Of a DNA stretch of 64,000 bases, positions 10,065 to 20,245 are shown piece after piece. The translations under genes were made by a program, and so were the position numbers. The DNA comes from Hahellaceae bacterium (GTDB taxonomy: Bacteria > Pseudomonadota > Gammaproteobacteria > Pseudomonadales > Oleiphilaceae). The stretch's first letter is position 1, and the number at the start of each line of letters is the position of its first letter. Where the stretch lies: positions 783,166 through 847,165 of the forward strand of contig JACKOD010000001.1 of NCBI GenBank assembly GCA_024234505.1, in the 5' to 3' direction. The notes under the pieces were generated by a model, which did no database searches, was not told the origin of the DNA, and saw only the letters and a list, made by a program, of their open reading frames with translations.

Positions 10065-11174
10065 TTAGCGTGTATGCCATCGTGATTTCCTTGTGTGCTT
10101 AAAAAAGAGCAGGAAGAATTCTTTGAAAAAATGTTTAAATTGACTCTTTTTGTTTTCTGTATAACGACTGAGTAAGTAAATAAGAATTGGCGTTAGTAGA
10201 TAAGACGAAAAAAAACTTAACGCACTATATTGATTAAACGGAAATATAGCCGAAAAGAAGTATAGTAAGGGCATGTGATACAAGTATAACGAAAATGTAT
10301 GAGAAGATAGGTTCTGAATGCGTTGCCCTGATTTAAAGCTGAAATACGGCTTGGCTTTAAATAAGTAATAACTTGAATTAATATGCAGTGCGACGAAGAT
10401 CGCAAGTATGTAGTCAGAAACAAAATTATGCGCTGAGGGTAGTAGCACATAATTTACATTGTAATTAAAAAAATCCTGTGTAGTCGTGCTAATGAATGCC
10501 TGAAGTGAATCTATCGAAAGTATGACTATCCCTGTAATTGATAAGATATACAAGCCGAAAGCGGTCTGGAAGGATAGCTTTATGCTGTTTAAATTTCTAT
10601 GACAGAAAACACCAAGTAGCCATATCGGTAGATATAACAAAATACTCGGCCCCATGATACTAAATATAATAGGGATTGCTATTAATCTGGTGTTTTTTCT
10701 GGCGTAAAACCAAACGCCGAAAAAAACATAGTATAAAACTTCGTATCCAAGTGACCAATACGGTAAATTGGTAAATACAGTAGTATCAATCCAGCTTTGA
10801 TTTATAAATAAAAGTGCCGAAGCAATAATCCAGAGTGGGTGATCCAATCTGGAATCTAATCCATCCAAATGCGCGATATTAACGTATTTTCCGGCATAAA
10901 ATAATATTAGGGTTAAGATCAGAGCAGGTACTGCAACCGAATAAATTCTTGCCATTCTATTAATGGTGTATTCGAATGCAGTTTCCTTTTTTTCGTTTGT
11001 GACAAACGAAATAACAAAACCAGACAATACGAAGAAGAAAACTACTGCTTCATGACCAAATCCGGCTATTTGCCAAAACCATCCACCTGTGAATCCCGGT
11101 AAGTGAGATATAAAAACAAAAAATGCAGCCAGAAACCGCAATAAGTCTAGGTAGATGGAATGTTGCTTGTTCAT
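10065..11174 (-). CDS. Acyltransferase family 3 (membrane O-acyltransferase)
   Basis: 369 aa, polytopic. N-terminal acyltransferase-3 signature (LDLLRFLAAFFVFISH...FFFVLSGFVISF). Confidence 0.7.
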   Translation of the reverse strand: MNKQHSIYLDLLRFLAAFFVFISHLPGFTGGWFWQIAGFGHEAVVFFFVLSGFVISFVTNEKKETAFEYTINRMARIYSVAVPALILTLILFYAGKYVNIAHLDGLDSRLDHPLWIIASALLFINQSWIDTTVFTNLPYWSLGYEVLYYVFFGVWFYARKNTRLIAIPIIFSIMGPSILLYLPIWLLGVFCHRNLNSIKLSFQTAFGLYILSITGIVILSIDSLQAFISTTTQDFFNYNVNYVLLPSAHNFVSDYILAIFVALHINSSYYLFKAKPYFSFKSGQRIQNLSSHTFSLYLYHMPLLYFFSAIFPFNQYSALSFFSSYLLTPILIYLLSRYTENKKSQFKHFFKEFFLLFFKHTRKSRWHTR

Positions 11175-11199
11175 GATTTCCCATGCAATCTAGTTTCAA

Positions 11200-13005
11200 T
11201 CATGAGAAATTTTGCTCGTGGGATTGCAACCAAAGTTCCAGCATCATCATTATCCACACTAATTCACCATAATAAGATGCGTGCACTTCATGGCATTTTC
11301 GCTCCGCTGTTTCGATGAATTCCACTTGAAAAATTTCTCTTTTTTTCAAACGATCTAATGCGTCAGAGGCAAGTTGTTTCAGCGAAGCGTCATGGATCAA
11401 CCATTTTCCAAAGGGTAGGCCAAAACCGTGTTTGGTTTTGTTGATGGTTTCATTGGGAAGTATAGGTGCCAGAGCGTATTTGTAAAAATCACGCAATTTT
11501 TTGCCTGGAAGCTTCATCGCAGGGGGGACATCCTGTGCCGATTGAAGCAAGCTTTCACCCAGAAGAGGGTAAACTACTTTAACCCCGGCCATCGCCGTCA
11601 TATTGTTGACCTTAACCAGGTCGTTATCGGCTAGCGTGAATTTCCAGTCAAGATAGAGCATTCGATCCACAAGAGGAGCATCGATTTCATTCCAGCGGGC
11701 CTGATACTGACCATCGGGTAATGACGGGTCAACTTCTTTCAGAAAGGACTCGGTGAATACGGAAGAGGGCGGATTCTGATGCAGAAAGTTATAGAACTGA
11801 AGGCGTTCCGGAACGGTTTTTTCAGCTTGATATATGTAGCTTGCAGCTTTGTCACTCAATGGAACATTTAATTTTTGTAGCCCGCGTACTGTCGCAGTAA
11901 TTAAAGGTTTAATGGCAGATGGCAGGTTTTCCCAGTAGAGAAACAACTTTTGTTTGGCGTATCGGTCGTTTCCTGCAAAAAGCTCGTCACCGCCATCGCC
12001 TGCTAGAAGCGTAGTAATTCCATGGGCTTTGGCTTCTTTGGCACAGAAATAGGCGGGCAATGCCGAGGAGTTCCCAAAAGGCTCGTCATAGTACGCGGCG
12101 AGGCTGGGGAGGCTACTGTAGATGTCTTCGGGTGTGACGTAACGAACATGGTGATCTGTTTCAAATGCCTTGGCGACAATGTCAGCAAAACCACTTTCGT
12201 CATAACCTTCTTCTGAAAATCCAATGGTAAAGGTTTTCACCGGCGCTTTACTGTTCTTTGCCAGATAGGCGGTAACGGTTGAGCTATCCAAGCCGCCACT
12301 GAGAAAGGCGCCCGTGGTTTCAGCGTTCTTTCCGTGAATACCAATTTCCTTTTGCAGGTTGTTTCTCAGTTCCTGAGCGAGTGCAATATTGGATTTTCGG
12401 GTTGTCTGACTGAACGAAGGCTTCCAGTAGCTGAAGAGCGAGTATGTTGCCGCGTTGTTCACAACCAGAGAGCGATGGGGTTCCAATTTATTTACGCCTT
12501 GATAGACCGTATAGGGCGCAGGAATGCAATGAAAGTACACATAGTTGTAAAGTGCCTGCTTATTCAGCTGCATTGGTTTTGGCAATCGTTCTGCCAGGCG
12601 GCTTAATTTGTTTGTTGCACTAAAGCCTCCGCCAATTTGTGTGTAATACAGGGGAATAGTGCAAAATTTGTCATTTATCAGGGTAATTCGGTCTTCCCCT
12701 ACATCGACAACGCCGACCAGAAAATGACCTTTAAGTGAATTGAGACCTTGGGGCCCATGCTGTTCGTATGCGCAGGCAACGGATTGCAGTAATTCGGATT
12801 TGCTGCTGACGCTGTCAGATAATTCTGGCTGTCCCAACAACCAATACAGGCAGTTGTTTTTTAACAGATAATCGGTATCGCATGAAAGTGTGGCATGAAA
12901 CGTAAGCGAGGTAGTCTCAAAACGGATCTCACTGCCGCTAATTGAGAGCGAATCCAGTGTGTTTAATTCCAATGGAGCGTGTTGGGATAGCACAAAGGCT
13001 TCCAT
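11200..13005 (-). CDS. Asparagine synthetase-family amidotransferase (exosortase-A-associated type) lacking the canonical N-terminal Cys nucleophile
   Basis: 601 aa. PP-loop SGGLDSS present. Glutaminase-domain similarity (FCTIPLYYT), but N-terminus is MEAFVL rather than MCGI. Good RBS AAGAGGA 8 nt upstream of the ATG. Confidence 0.7.
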   Translation of the reverse strand: MEAFVLSQHAPLELNTLDSLSISGSEIRFETTSLTFHATLSCDTDYLLKNNCLYWLLGQPELSDSVSSKSELLQSVACAYEQHGPQGLNSLKGHFLVGVVDVGEDRITLINDKFCTIPLYYTQIGGGFSATNKLSRLAERLPKPMQLNKQALYNYVYFHCIPAPYTVYQGVNKLEPHRSLVVNNAATYSLFSYWKPSFSQTTRKSNIALAQELRNNLQKEIGIHGKNAETTGAFLSGGLDSSTVTAYLAKNSKAPVKTFTIGFSEEGYDESGFADIVAKAFETDHHVRYVTPEDIYSSLPSLAAYYDEPFGNSSALPAYFCAKEAKAHGITTLLAGDGGDELFAGNDRYAKQKLFLYWENLPSAIKPLITATVRGLQKLNVPLSDKAASYIYQAEKTVPERLQFYNFLHQNPPSSVFTESFLKEVDPSLPDGQYQARWNEIDAPLVDRMLYLDWKFTLADNDLVKVNNMTAMAGVKVVYPLLGESLLQSAQDVPPAMKLPGKKLRDFYKYALAPILPNETINKTKHGFGLPFGKWLIHDASLKQLASDALDRLKKREIFQVEFIETAERKCHEVHASYYGELVWIMMMLELWLQSHEQNFS

Positions 13006-13385
13006 GCTTTAGATCCTCTTAACATTTAACCGATAGATTGTGGCGTTGGAAACGGTGGTTTTTATCGGGGGGTATTATGGCACGGATTGAGGCAAGGTTT
13101 GCGTATTCGGCCGATAAAAAGCCATGATATTTATGAATAAAAATAGGCTAGCTGGTGTTGTGCCTATTGTGAAGAGACTGTCTCAACAATGTTCGATAGC
13201 AGAGTTTTGTATGATGGCTACAAACAATGAGAACGCATGCGATATTAGCATCCAACTTCGAAGATGATTTTTAAGTCGGCGCTTTGCAACGATTATGTTT
13301 TTTTAAAACGAGCACGTATAATCTTTACCTCGCAATAACGATAGCACGGCGCTTAATACCGGCGCATTTAATTAGGGATATTTGC

Positions 13386-13631
13386 ATGAATGTAAGAGAA
13401 GTGGTTTTGTCATTGGTCGCTGACACATTACAACTGGACGGTACCAGTCAGTGGGATGATGAAACTCAGTTGTTGGGCGCCATTCCTGAATTTGATTCCA
13501 TGGCAGTGGTGAATATTATCACGGCAATCGAGGAAAACTTTGGTGTTACTGTAGATGATGACGAGATCAGTGCGGACACATTTGAAAATGTAGGCGCATT
13601 GGTTGCATTTGTTGCTGCCAAGCTTCAATGA
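13386..13631 (+). CDS. Acyl carrier protein (exosortase-A-locus ACP)
   Basis: 81 aa, acidic. Phosphopantetheine-attachment motif EFDSMAV. Start refined to internal ATG (MNVREVV) of the 115-aa track ORF. Confidence 0.75.
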   Translation: MNVREVVLSLVADTLQLDGTSQWDDETQLLGAIPEFDSMAVVNIITAIEENFGVTVDDDEISADTFENVGALVAFVAAKLQ

Positions 13632-13644
13632 CAGTGAACCCCTA

Positions 13645-14466
13645 ATGACAGTGAACCCCTATTTTTTTGAAGGTTCATCGGGGCGCCTTTTTGTATTGGA
13701 GCGTCAGCCTGATCAGCCCACTTGTGTTGTGATTTTTGTTCAACCTTTTGCAGAGGAAATGAACAAGAGTCGACATATGTTGACACAAGCTTCATTGGCT
13801 CTGGTGAATCAAGGTGCCATGACGGTGTGTTTTGATCACTATGCAACTGGAGATAGTGAAGGTGCCGGGATTGATGCTTCGTGGACTACGTGGCGCAAAG
13901 ATCTGACAGACTTGTCGTCGTCATTATCTGCCCGTTTTTCGTTGCCACAGTACTGGGTGTGTTTGCGTACCGGTGCCTTGATTGCTTTCTCAGCATTATC
14001 CGGGATGCCGGCTGAGGTAGATATCCGGCTGGTGCTTTGGAATCCGGTAGTCAACGGTAAGCAGTACATAAACCAGTTTTTCCGTCTCAGATTGGCCGGC
14101 GATATGCTGGTTTCGGGAGGAAAAAAAGTAACTACTGCCGATATACGTGACGAATTAGAACAAGGGTCGACAGAAATTGCAGGCTATCGACTTTCCAGTT
14201 CGTGGGTGGAAGAAGCCGAGTCATCGGGATTGGATGCTGCCTGTCTTGCCGGACTTTCCGGACGAAAAGTCGCGTGGATTGAAACCTCCCCCAAGGAAGC
14301 CCCATCGCTTCTGCCGGTGTCTACCCAAGTGATTAACACGCTACAATCGGCCGGATGTCACGTGAATGGATGGCCGGTGAGTGGTGACCAGTTTTGGGCA
14401 ACCCAGGAAATCACGCTGGCTCCTGATCTGATTTCTGCAACTTGTAAGTGGGTCGCGCAAAACTGA
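13645..14466 (+). CDS. Alpha/beta hydrolase, 'hydrolase 1, exosortase A system-associated' type
   Basis: Start MTVNPYFFEGSSGRLFV. Single alpha/beta-fold domain. Located immediately after the ACP. Start lies in the second copy of a 17-bp tandem duplication. Confidence 0.6.
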   Translation: MTVNPYFFEGSSGRLFVLERQPDQPTCVVIFVQPFAEEMNKSRHMLTQASLALVNQGAMTVCFDHYATGDSEGAGIDASWTTWRKDLTDLSSSLSARFSLPQYWVCLRTGALIAFSALSGMPAEVDIRLVLWNPVVNGKQYINQFFRLRLAGDMLVSGGKKVTTADIRDELEQGSTEIAGYRLSSSWVEEAESSGLDAACLAGLSGRKVAWIETSPKEAPSLLPVSTQVINTLQSAGCHVNGWPVSGDQFWATQEITLAPDLISATCKWVAQN

Positions 14467-14505
14467 TCTTGCGGATCAAGAACTTCAGTTTGTAAAGGGT
14501 TTCCA

Positions 14506-15399
14506 ATGATGGAACAGCCAATTGTATTTAACTCGGAAGGGAAAGCGCTTCTGGGGATATTGCATACGCCGGATACGCCTTCCAGATCTACCGGTATCGT
14601 ACTGGTGGTGGGGGGGCCTCAGACTCGTGTCGGTAGTCATCGACAGTTTGTCTTTTTAGCTCGTGCGTTGTGCCGTTCCGGGTACCCCGTATTGAGATAT
14701 GACTATTCCGGCATGGGCGACAGCGAAGGTGAAAAGTCTGACTATCTCGCGGGTTCGGCTGATCTTGACTGCGCCATCAAAACACTTAAAGAGCATGTAC
14801 CTGCCGTTGATGAGGTAGCCTTGTGGGGACTGTGTGATGCGGCGTCCTTGATATTGCTGTATCTCAGCCAAGAGCGCGCGGAAACCATCGGAACGATATT
14901 TTTACTAAATCCGTGGGTGAGACAATCCCAATCAGAAGCCCAGGTGTATTTGAAAAATTACTATTTGCGTCGGCTTCGGGATCCCGAATTTTGGAAAAAG
15001 TTATTAAGTTTCCGTTTTGATTGGAAAGGCTCTTTTCTGAGCCTGCTATCAACCGTACGCAAAGCTGTCGCGGTAAAAAAATTGCAATCCAGTGCAGCGG
15101 ACAGCGCGCTACATGCGTCCTGGCAAACATTTACGGAAGACGGCTATGTTTCGGCGATGGCCAAAGGACTTCAGCGCTATGCGGGAAAATGCTATCTCGT
15201 TTTAAGCGGGAACGACCTCACGGCTGATGAGTTTCGCTTATTACTGGCGAACGATCCAGCATGGAAAGCCTTGATAGATCAAAAAGTAGACGAAACGCTG
15301 ACCTTAAAAGACGCGAATCACACGTTTTCATCTGAAATGTGGCGCTCGGAAGTAGAAACTTTTTGCGTCGAAAGCATCAGTGTAAATAACGCAAAATAG
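14506..15399 (+). CDS. Alpha/beta hydrolase, 'hydrolase 2, exosortase A system-associated' type
   Basis: 297 aa (MMEQPIVFNSEGKALLGILHTP...YDYSGMGDSEGE). Pairs with hydrolase 1, as in XrtA loci. Confidence 0.6.
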   Translation: MMEQPIVFNSEGKALLGILHTPDTPSRSTGIVLVVGGPQTRVGSHRQFVFLARALCRSGYPVLRYDYSGMGDSEGEKSDYLAGSADLDCAIKTLKEHVPAVDEVALWGLCDAASLILLYLSQERAETIGTIFLLNPWVRQSQSEAQVYLKNYYLRRLRDPEFWKKLLSFRFDWKGSFLSLLSTVRKAVAVKKLQSSAADSALHASWQTFTEDGYVSAMAKGLQRYAGKCYLVLSGNDLTADEFRLLLANDPAWKALIDQKVDETLTLKDANHTFSSEMWRSEVETFCVESISVNNAK

Positions 15400-17600
15400 A
15401 ACAGGGTGGCAGGTCGGGGGGAGTCCAGCGGACTGCCGAACAAGCCAAACGTCAAGACGCAGACGATCCCTGTCAGGAGTGCTGCTTTAAACGCGCGCTC
15501 TGCAAGACTTGTTTGAGTTTTCAGAACAAGCGTGTTTCTTATTGCAACGCCCAGGCAGATTAAAAACGCAGTCAGGCCTAAGCCCCCCATGTCATAAAAT
15601 ATATTCAGGAACTGGTTTTTAATGTGCCAGGGAAGGTGTTGGAAATCATTGTAGAAATACCAGTGATCCAATCCCGACTCAAACGATCCATTGAGGATCA
15701 GATTGGTCTGTGAGCCTTTACGTGTTAATGAAAGGTCGTCTAGCGCCAATACGTTGTCTTCACTGAAATTTTTCAGATAGATCAAGGTGGGCCATCGAGC
15801 AGTGATAGGTTTAGCCCCCACATTTGTGCTGTCTAAATCCACAAGAATCGTTTGCCAGTGCTCTGGTGCTGCATCAATTCTGAGGCTTTTTGCCTGACAG
15901 TTGGCGATGAAATTAGACGCATAAATCTCGTTCCTTTCACATAAGAATACGGCCAATGAGGTGTTAACCTCCGCTTTAATTTTTGCGCTGAATGTGTAGG
16001 TTTGATTTCCCTCTATGGGAAGGCGTTGACCAAACGCAAGGTCTTCTCCACTCGATAAGTGAAGTAAATGATTTCCGCCTTCCTCGATAGAAGTAAAACT
16101 CCCCACGGTACGAAGTGTTTCAGGAAAGGTCACTGCGTAGTTACCTGCGAAAGTACCGGCGCCCATGCCAAATAGGTAAGTCTCTGTGTTGCGATCAAAG
16201 GTCGCAAGAACGTTACTCCAATGATCCAGACGCGTTTGCATATCTTGTCCCGCGGTGACAATTCTGGAGTTAATCTGATACCCGCCCGTCGCGATACCAA
16301 TGATCAAACTTATAATGGATATTCCCGTGGTCGTTAGTAGACGATAGGTTATTCTTGAATGCGTTTTTGGCACGACATCGAAGGTTGTTAACATGAAAAG
16401 TACAACTAATACGGCCACGATAGAAGAAGCTAATGTCGTTCCATCGGGCGTGACCCAGCGGCTGTTGAGATGGCCATAGGGTATCAGAGCCAGACCAATG
16501 CCGGTGGCCAGTAGCGCGATAGTCCAACGTATTGCCACACTCAGGTTGCGGGAGGAAAAGATTGTGGTACCAGTGATCGCCAGACTATAGCCCAACAGGC
16601 CAAAGTAACTGGATGATCTAAAAGCCCATATGCCTGCAATGATGCCGGCCAAGGCGGTCAGAAGGGGGAGAAGGTTGGTTTTGATGGTTGCGCTGGTTTC
16701 ACGCAGGGTCAGCAGCGGGAAAAGAGCCATGCCAAGAAAGAGCGATGCATAGGTGGCACGGGTAAACCCTGTCAGGATGGCGTAGGCGCAAACGGCAAAA
16801 CCTAACAAAGCAAAGATGCGATAAAACGACTTGAAAGCAATGATGCCACCCATGCTTAACGTTAACAGCAGCAGCATCATGCCATCAATCGATTCGCCAC
16901 CGGTATGCATATCACTAAACCAGGCGGTAATCCGATAGGAGGAGGTGAAATCCAGCAGGGAGGTGGCGATATGATACCAAGGCTGCAGCGTGAGAATTAA
17001 TGACAGCGTTTCCCGTTCCCAAAGGATAATCAGAAAGAGCGCAAAGCCCGCGAGAACACAACCAGCCAGCACCGAGTTTCGTGCTTTCTGGGGCTGGGTT
17101 TGGTGATAGTTTTGCCACATCAGGCTCAAGCAAAATCCCCAAATAATACCTTTGGAGACTTTGTAGCCATACATCCAGGTATAGTAGGCATTGGTTTCCA
17201 GCGGTTGCAGTAACTTTAACGCATTGCTCATTCCGGAAAGAGATAGCGCGGCAAATAAAAGAAACGTGGCAGCAACGGTCACTCTGAGTTTGGACTGATA
17301 ACCGGCATTGGAAAAGAAGTCGCCTCGGAACAAGCCATAGGCCAGCGTGGTAAATACAAAAAAATCCAGCTCATTGAAGACGAGCCTGCCGCTGAATGGG
17401 GTGAGGTCCAATACTACAAAAAGTACGGGAAGAACCAGCATCCACAGGCTTGGAAGTAGGCACATCCCAAGAAAATAGATGCCTGCGGCAAATAGCAATG
17501 GCACGTTGTAGACGGGAAAGAGGGTTATTGCGTAGGCAATCAGAGCCAGCAAGAGCAACGCAAACGACCTGCTAATCCACAGACCTAACGAATGAGGCAT
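15318..17600 (-). CDS. Large polytopic membrane protein: O-antigen-ligase/Wzy-like core plus C-terminal periplasmic carbohydrate-binding-like domain
   Basis: 760 aa. Many TM helices, with a Wzy_C-like FTRATYASL loop. An approx 250-aa hydrophilic domain carries a CBM4/9-like NGSFESGLDHW motif, followed by two terminal TM helices. The 3' end overlaps hydrolase 2 convergently by 82 nt. Confidence 0.5.
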   Translation of the reverse strand: MPHSLGLWISRSFALLLLALIAYAITLFPVYNVPLLFAAGIYFLGMCLLPSLWMLVLPVLFVVLDLTPFSGRLVFNELDFFVFTTLAYGLFRGDFFSNAGYQSKLRVTVAATFLLFAALSLSGMSNALKLLQPLETNAYYTWMYGYKVSKGIIWGFCLSLMWQNYHQTQPQKARNSVLAGCVLAGFALFLIILWERETLSLILTLQPWYHIATSLLDFTSSYRITAWFSDMHTGGESIDGMMLLLLTLSMGGIIAFKSFYRIFALLGFAVCAYAILTGFTRATYASLFLGMALFPLLTLRETSATIKTNLLPLLTALAGIIAGIWAFRSSSYFGLLGYSLAITGTTIFSSRNLSVAIRWTIALLATGIGLALIPYGHLNSRWVTPDGTTLASSIVAVLVVLFMLTTFDVVPKTHSRITYRLLTTTGISIISLIIGIATGGYQINSRIVTAGQDMQTRLDHWSNVLATFDRNTETYLFGMGAGTFAGNYAVTFPETLRTVGSFTSIEEGGNHLLHLSSGEDLAFGQRLPIEGNQTYTFSAKIKAEVNTSLAVFLCERNEIYASNFIANCQAKSLRIDAAPEHWQTILVDLDSTNVGAKPITARWPTLIYLKNFSEDNVLALDDLSLTRKGSQTNLILNGSFESGLDHWYFYNDFQHLPWHIKNQFLNIFYDMGGLGLTAFLICLGVAIRNTLVLKTQTSLAERAFKAALLTGIVCVLTFGLFGSPLDSPRPATLFYFALFTLMLSTQKVSTSERHISDENV

Positions 17601-17744
17601 AATCCTTTCCTTGTTGAATGTGCTCGATTGAATGCTAAAAGTCTCTATCTGATAGCCATGATTACCGTTGAGGATATGGTAACTTGATGTGTGACACTTG
17701 CAAGCCCGAAGCGGGTTTGAGAAATTTTCCGGTAAGGCAGACCC

Positions 17745-20093
17745 ATGTCAATAGTTAAGCGCAACATGATCTTTCTTATTTGCAGTCTATGTATGGCGCT
17801 AGTTGCGCTGTGTGCTGCGATGCTCTACGAAAGTGTCCGGGGTCATACCCGTTACCTGGATATTTCAACGGCATACCTTGAACGTTTAGGGATAGATATG
17901 GCTGGTGAAACGCTGGTACTAAAGGATCGTTATCCTCGCATTTTGCCCACCATGCTCGATGTGACAACCGCAAAAAAAATGTTTCACGATGAATTTGGAG
18001 GGGATCTGGTAAAACAATGCCAGCAGAAGGACGTACATTGGCTCGTGGTGTGCTACAAGCTGGGGATTTCTGCTCCCGGGTTGGCTCAACTCTATCAGCT
18101 GCTGGCGGACTTTAAAGTCCAGGTGCCTACGCTTGATGATCAAGCCAGTAATGCATGGGAATTAGCGGTTTTATATGATCAGGTCGCCTCGGAGCGTTTG
18201 CGTTTTCCTGCTTCGGATAACCAGATAAGAATGAAATTAAAAGCTACGTTGGATCAATATCTGAAGTTACTGCAGCGTGGTTCTGGCGCTTCCTTATGGC
18301 ATGGTCGCTTTACGCTGAGTTGTCACGCCTGGATTATTGCGATAGTCATTGGTGATGACAAACCGATTCTGTTAAAGCGAGCCTTCCGAGAGTTCAAAAA
18401 TGCATTGGATGCCATTTCGCTTACCGAAGGGTGGCCGGAAGGGTATAACTACTGGATAAATAACCGTGCGTTTCCTTTTGCCCTTGCATCGGCGGCCTAC
18501 CTCGCGGGCATAGTGGAAGGTCCTGATTCCGAAGCTCTCCAAAGTTTGCTGCGTCGGGTCATTCGTTGGCATATTTATATGACTCGACCTGACCATAAAA
18601 TCGATGCGATTGGTGATGAGGGCCCCAGAGTCGATCTTAAAGACGAAACCCGGAAGTTCATTGATCTTGCAACCAAATTGAGTAGTGACCCGATTGGTGC
18701 AACCTATTCTGCTTATCTCTTTAATCTGCACCGGCAAGAAAGCTACTATGCAGACTATCGATGGCTCTTCCCGCTAATTAAATCTTATGTTCGACCGCTC
18801 GCCGATCCTGGTAAAAGCCTGTCTGTATTCACGGGAGTGTTGCCTTTACAGGAGGTGTTTGGGCGCAACTATTATAATCAGATTGTGATGTTGCAGGGAT
18901 GGGGGGATCAGGATACCCAGATCAGAGTGCGCGCAGGTGACCAGTTCACGCATCATCAACCTGCGGATGTTGGGCATTTCACGCTGTTTAACGGTCGGCC
19001 ACTTATTTCGGACGGCAGCACCTACAGCACGATGTTTACTGAAAATCGCCTTTATTATGGGGTGCAGACCGTCGCAAAGAACAGTTTACTCGTGATTCAG
19101 CCAAACCAGCATGTTGTTCCCAGTCGACTTTATAAGCGAGATATCAATAGTGGCGGTCAACGGCTCATCATGCCGACCGGCAGCAGTATTGACGATCTGG
19201 CGTTTTGGCAACGAAATCTCTACAAAGGACTGACTCTGAAGAGGGCGACTTTGCTAAGAAGTAGCTTTAATAGTGGAGTGCATGTTGTTGATTTTGATAT
19301 GACGCTGGCCTATCCGAATACTAGAATTTCCCGGTCGAATGCGGTATTGAGCGAGGCTCATCGCGCCATGATATATATTTCGGCAATTGATAAGTTATTG
19401 ATTAAAGATTCGGTCGTTCTGGAAGGCTCTGGTGCGCTGATAAAGCAGGTTTTTCATGTGGCAAAGCCTCCCCTCGAATCTTTAAACCGCGGGGAATGGA
19501 TCAAGGGGGATCCGCTAAATGGCTTATGGCAATCGGGTGTGAACGAAAAATTAACCGGACTGTCATTCCAAAATTTGGAATTGACGGCTTTTGTTAATGA
19601 GCAGTCCAACGGATTTGTCTCTCAGCCAAACAGATTTATCTATCGAGCCGTTGGAGGGGAAACCTATCGTCACTGGGTTGAATTTATGGATGATGCCGGG
19701 CAGAGGCAAGCAATGTATGCCTCCGGTGGGTATGCTCCCCGGGGCTGGTTTGATGATCCCGCATGGCGAGTGGAGATTGAGCCTCAGGTAGATTCGAGGA
19801 ATCTCAGTATCATTACGGTGTTGGGTATAAATCGCGATCAAAAAGTTGAACAGAGCCCTGCGCCGCAGCTCATCGCATCCAACGGGTACCTGAGAATGGA
19901 CTTTGGTGATCAGGAATTAGTAGTTTTTGGAACCGCGTCGGGCAATCAACTAACGCATGCTATAGAAAAGAAAACAATCGTTGTCGCACCCGAAAATACA
20001 ACCAAAGTGCATCTTTCAGGCACAAACACCTCAATGCTATTAACTCATGGGATTGGTTTTGTGAACAATGTGGATGATCAGCATAAGCGTTAG
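17745..20093 (+). CDS. Heparinase II/III-like (polysaccharide lyase-like) protein with N-terminal signal anchor
   Basis: 782 aa. N-terminal hydrophobic helix. HxHxDxGxF-like motif (HHQPADVGHFTLF), typical of the heparinase II/III C-terminal domain. Confidence 0.45.
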   Translation: MSIVKRNMIFLICSLCMALVALCAAMLYESVRGHTRYLDISTAYLERLGIDMAGETLVLKDRYPRILPTMLDVTTAKKMFHDEFGGDLVKQCQQKDVHWLVVCYKLGISAPGLAQLYQLLADFKVQVPTLDDQASNAWELAVLYDQVASERLRFPASDNQIRMKLKATLDQYLKLLQRGSGASLWHGRFTLSCHAWIIAIVIGDDKPILLKRAFREFKNALDAISLTEGWPEGYNYWINNRAFPFALASAAYLAGIVEGPDSEALQSLLRRVIRWHIYMTRPDHKIDAIGDEGPRVDLKDETRKFIDLATKLSSDPIGATYSAYLFNLHRQESYYADYRWLFPLIKSYVRPLADPGKSLSVFTGVLPLQEVFGRNYYNQIVMLQGWGDQDTQIRVRAGDQFTHHQPADVGHFTLFNGRPLISDGSTYSTMFTENRLYYGVQTVAKNSLLVIQPNQHVVPSRLYKRDINSGGQRLIMPTGSSIDDLAFWQRNLYKGLTLKRATLLRSSFNSGVHVVDFDMTLAYPNTRISRSNAVLSEAHRAMIYISAIDKLLIKDSVVLEGSGALIKQVFHVAKPPLESLNRGEWIKGDPLNGLWQSGVNEKLTGLSFQNLELTAFVNEQSNGFVSQPNRFIYRAVGGETYRHWVEFMDDAGQRQAMYASGGYAPRGWFDDPAWRVEIEPQVDSRNLSIITVLGINRDQKVEQSPAPQLIASNGYLRMDFGDQELVVFGTASGNQLTHAIEKKTIVVAPENTTKVHLSGTNTSMLLTHGIGFVNNVDDQHKR

Positions 20094-20245
20094 GCAATAA
20101 CAGTGGGTTGCGTTTATTTTATGACGACAAAAGGCCAGGACAGGCAGGAAATTTAATCGCTTATTTCTCCTTTCGTCTTAAACGTTTATTATTAGCCCCG
20201 CTAAAGCTAAGATTATTTAAAGTGCGGTCGGAAATGTGAGCGGTT

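Noticed and set aside
13603-13644. Track start (MHLLLPSF) for hydrolase 1
   Set aside because: It would overlap the ACP 3' end by 29 nt. The conserved N-terminus begins at MTVNPYFF.
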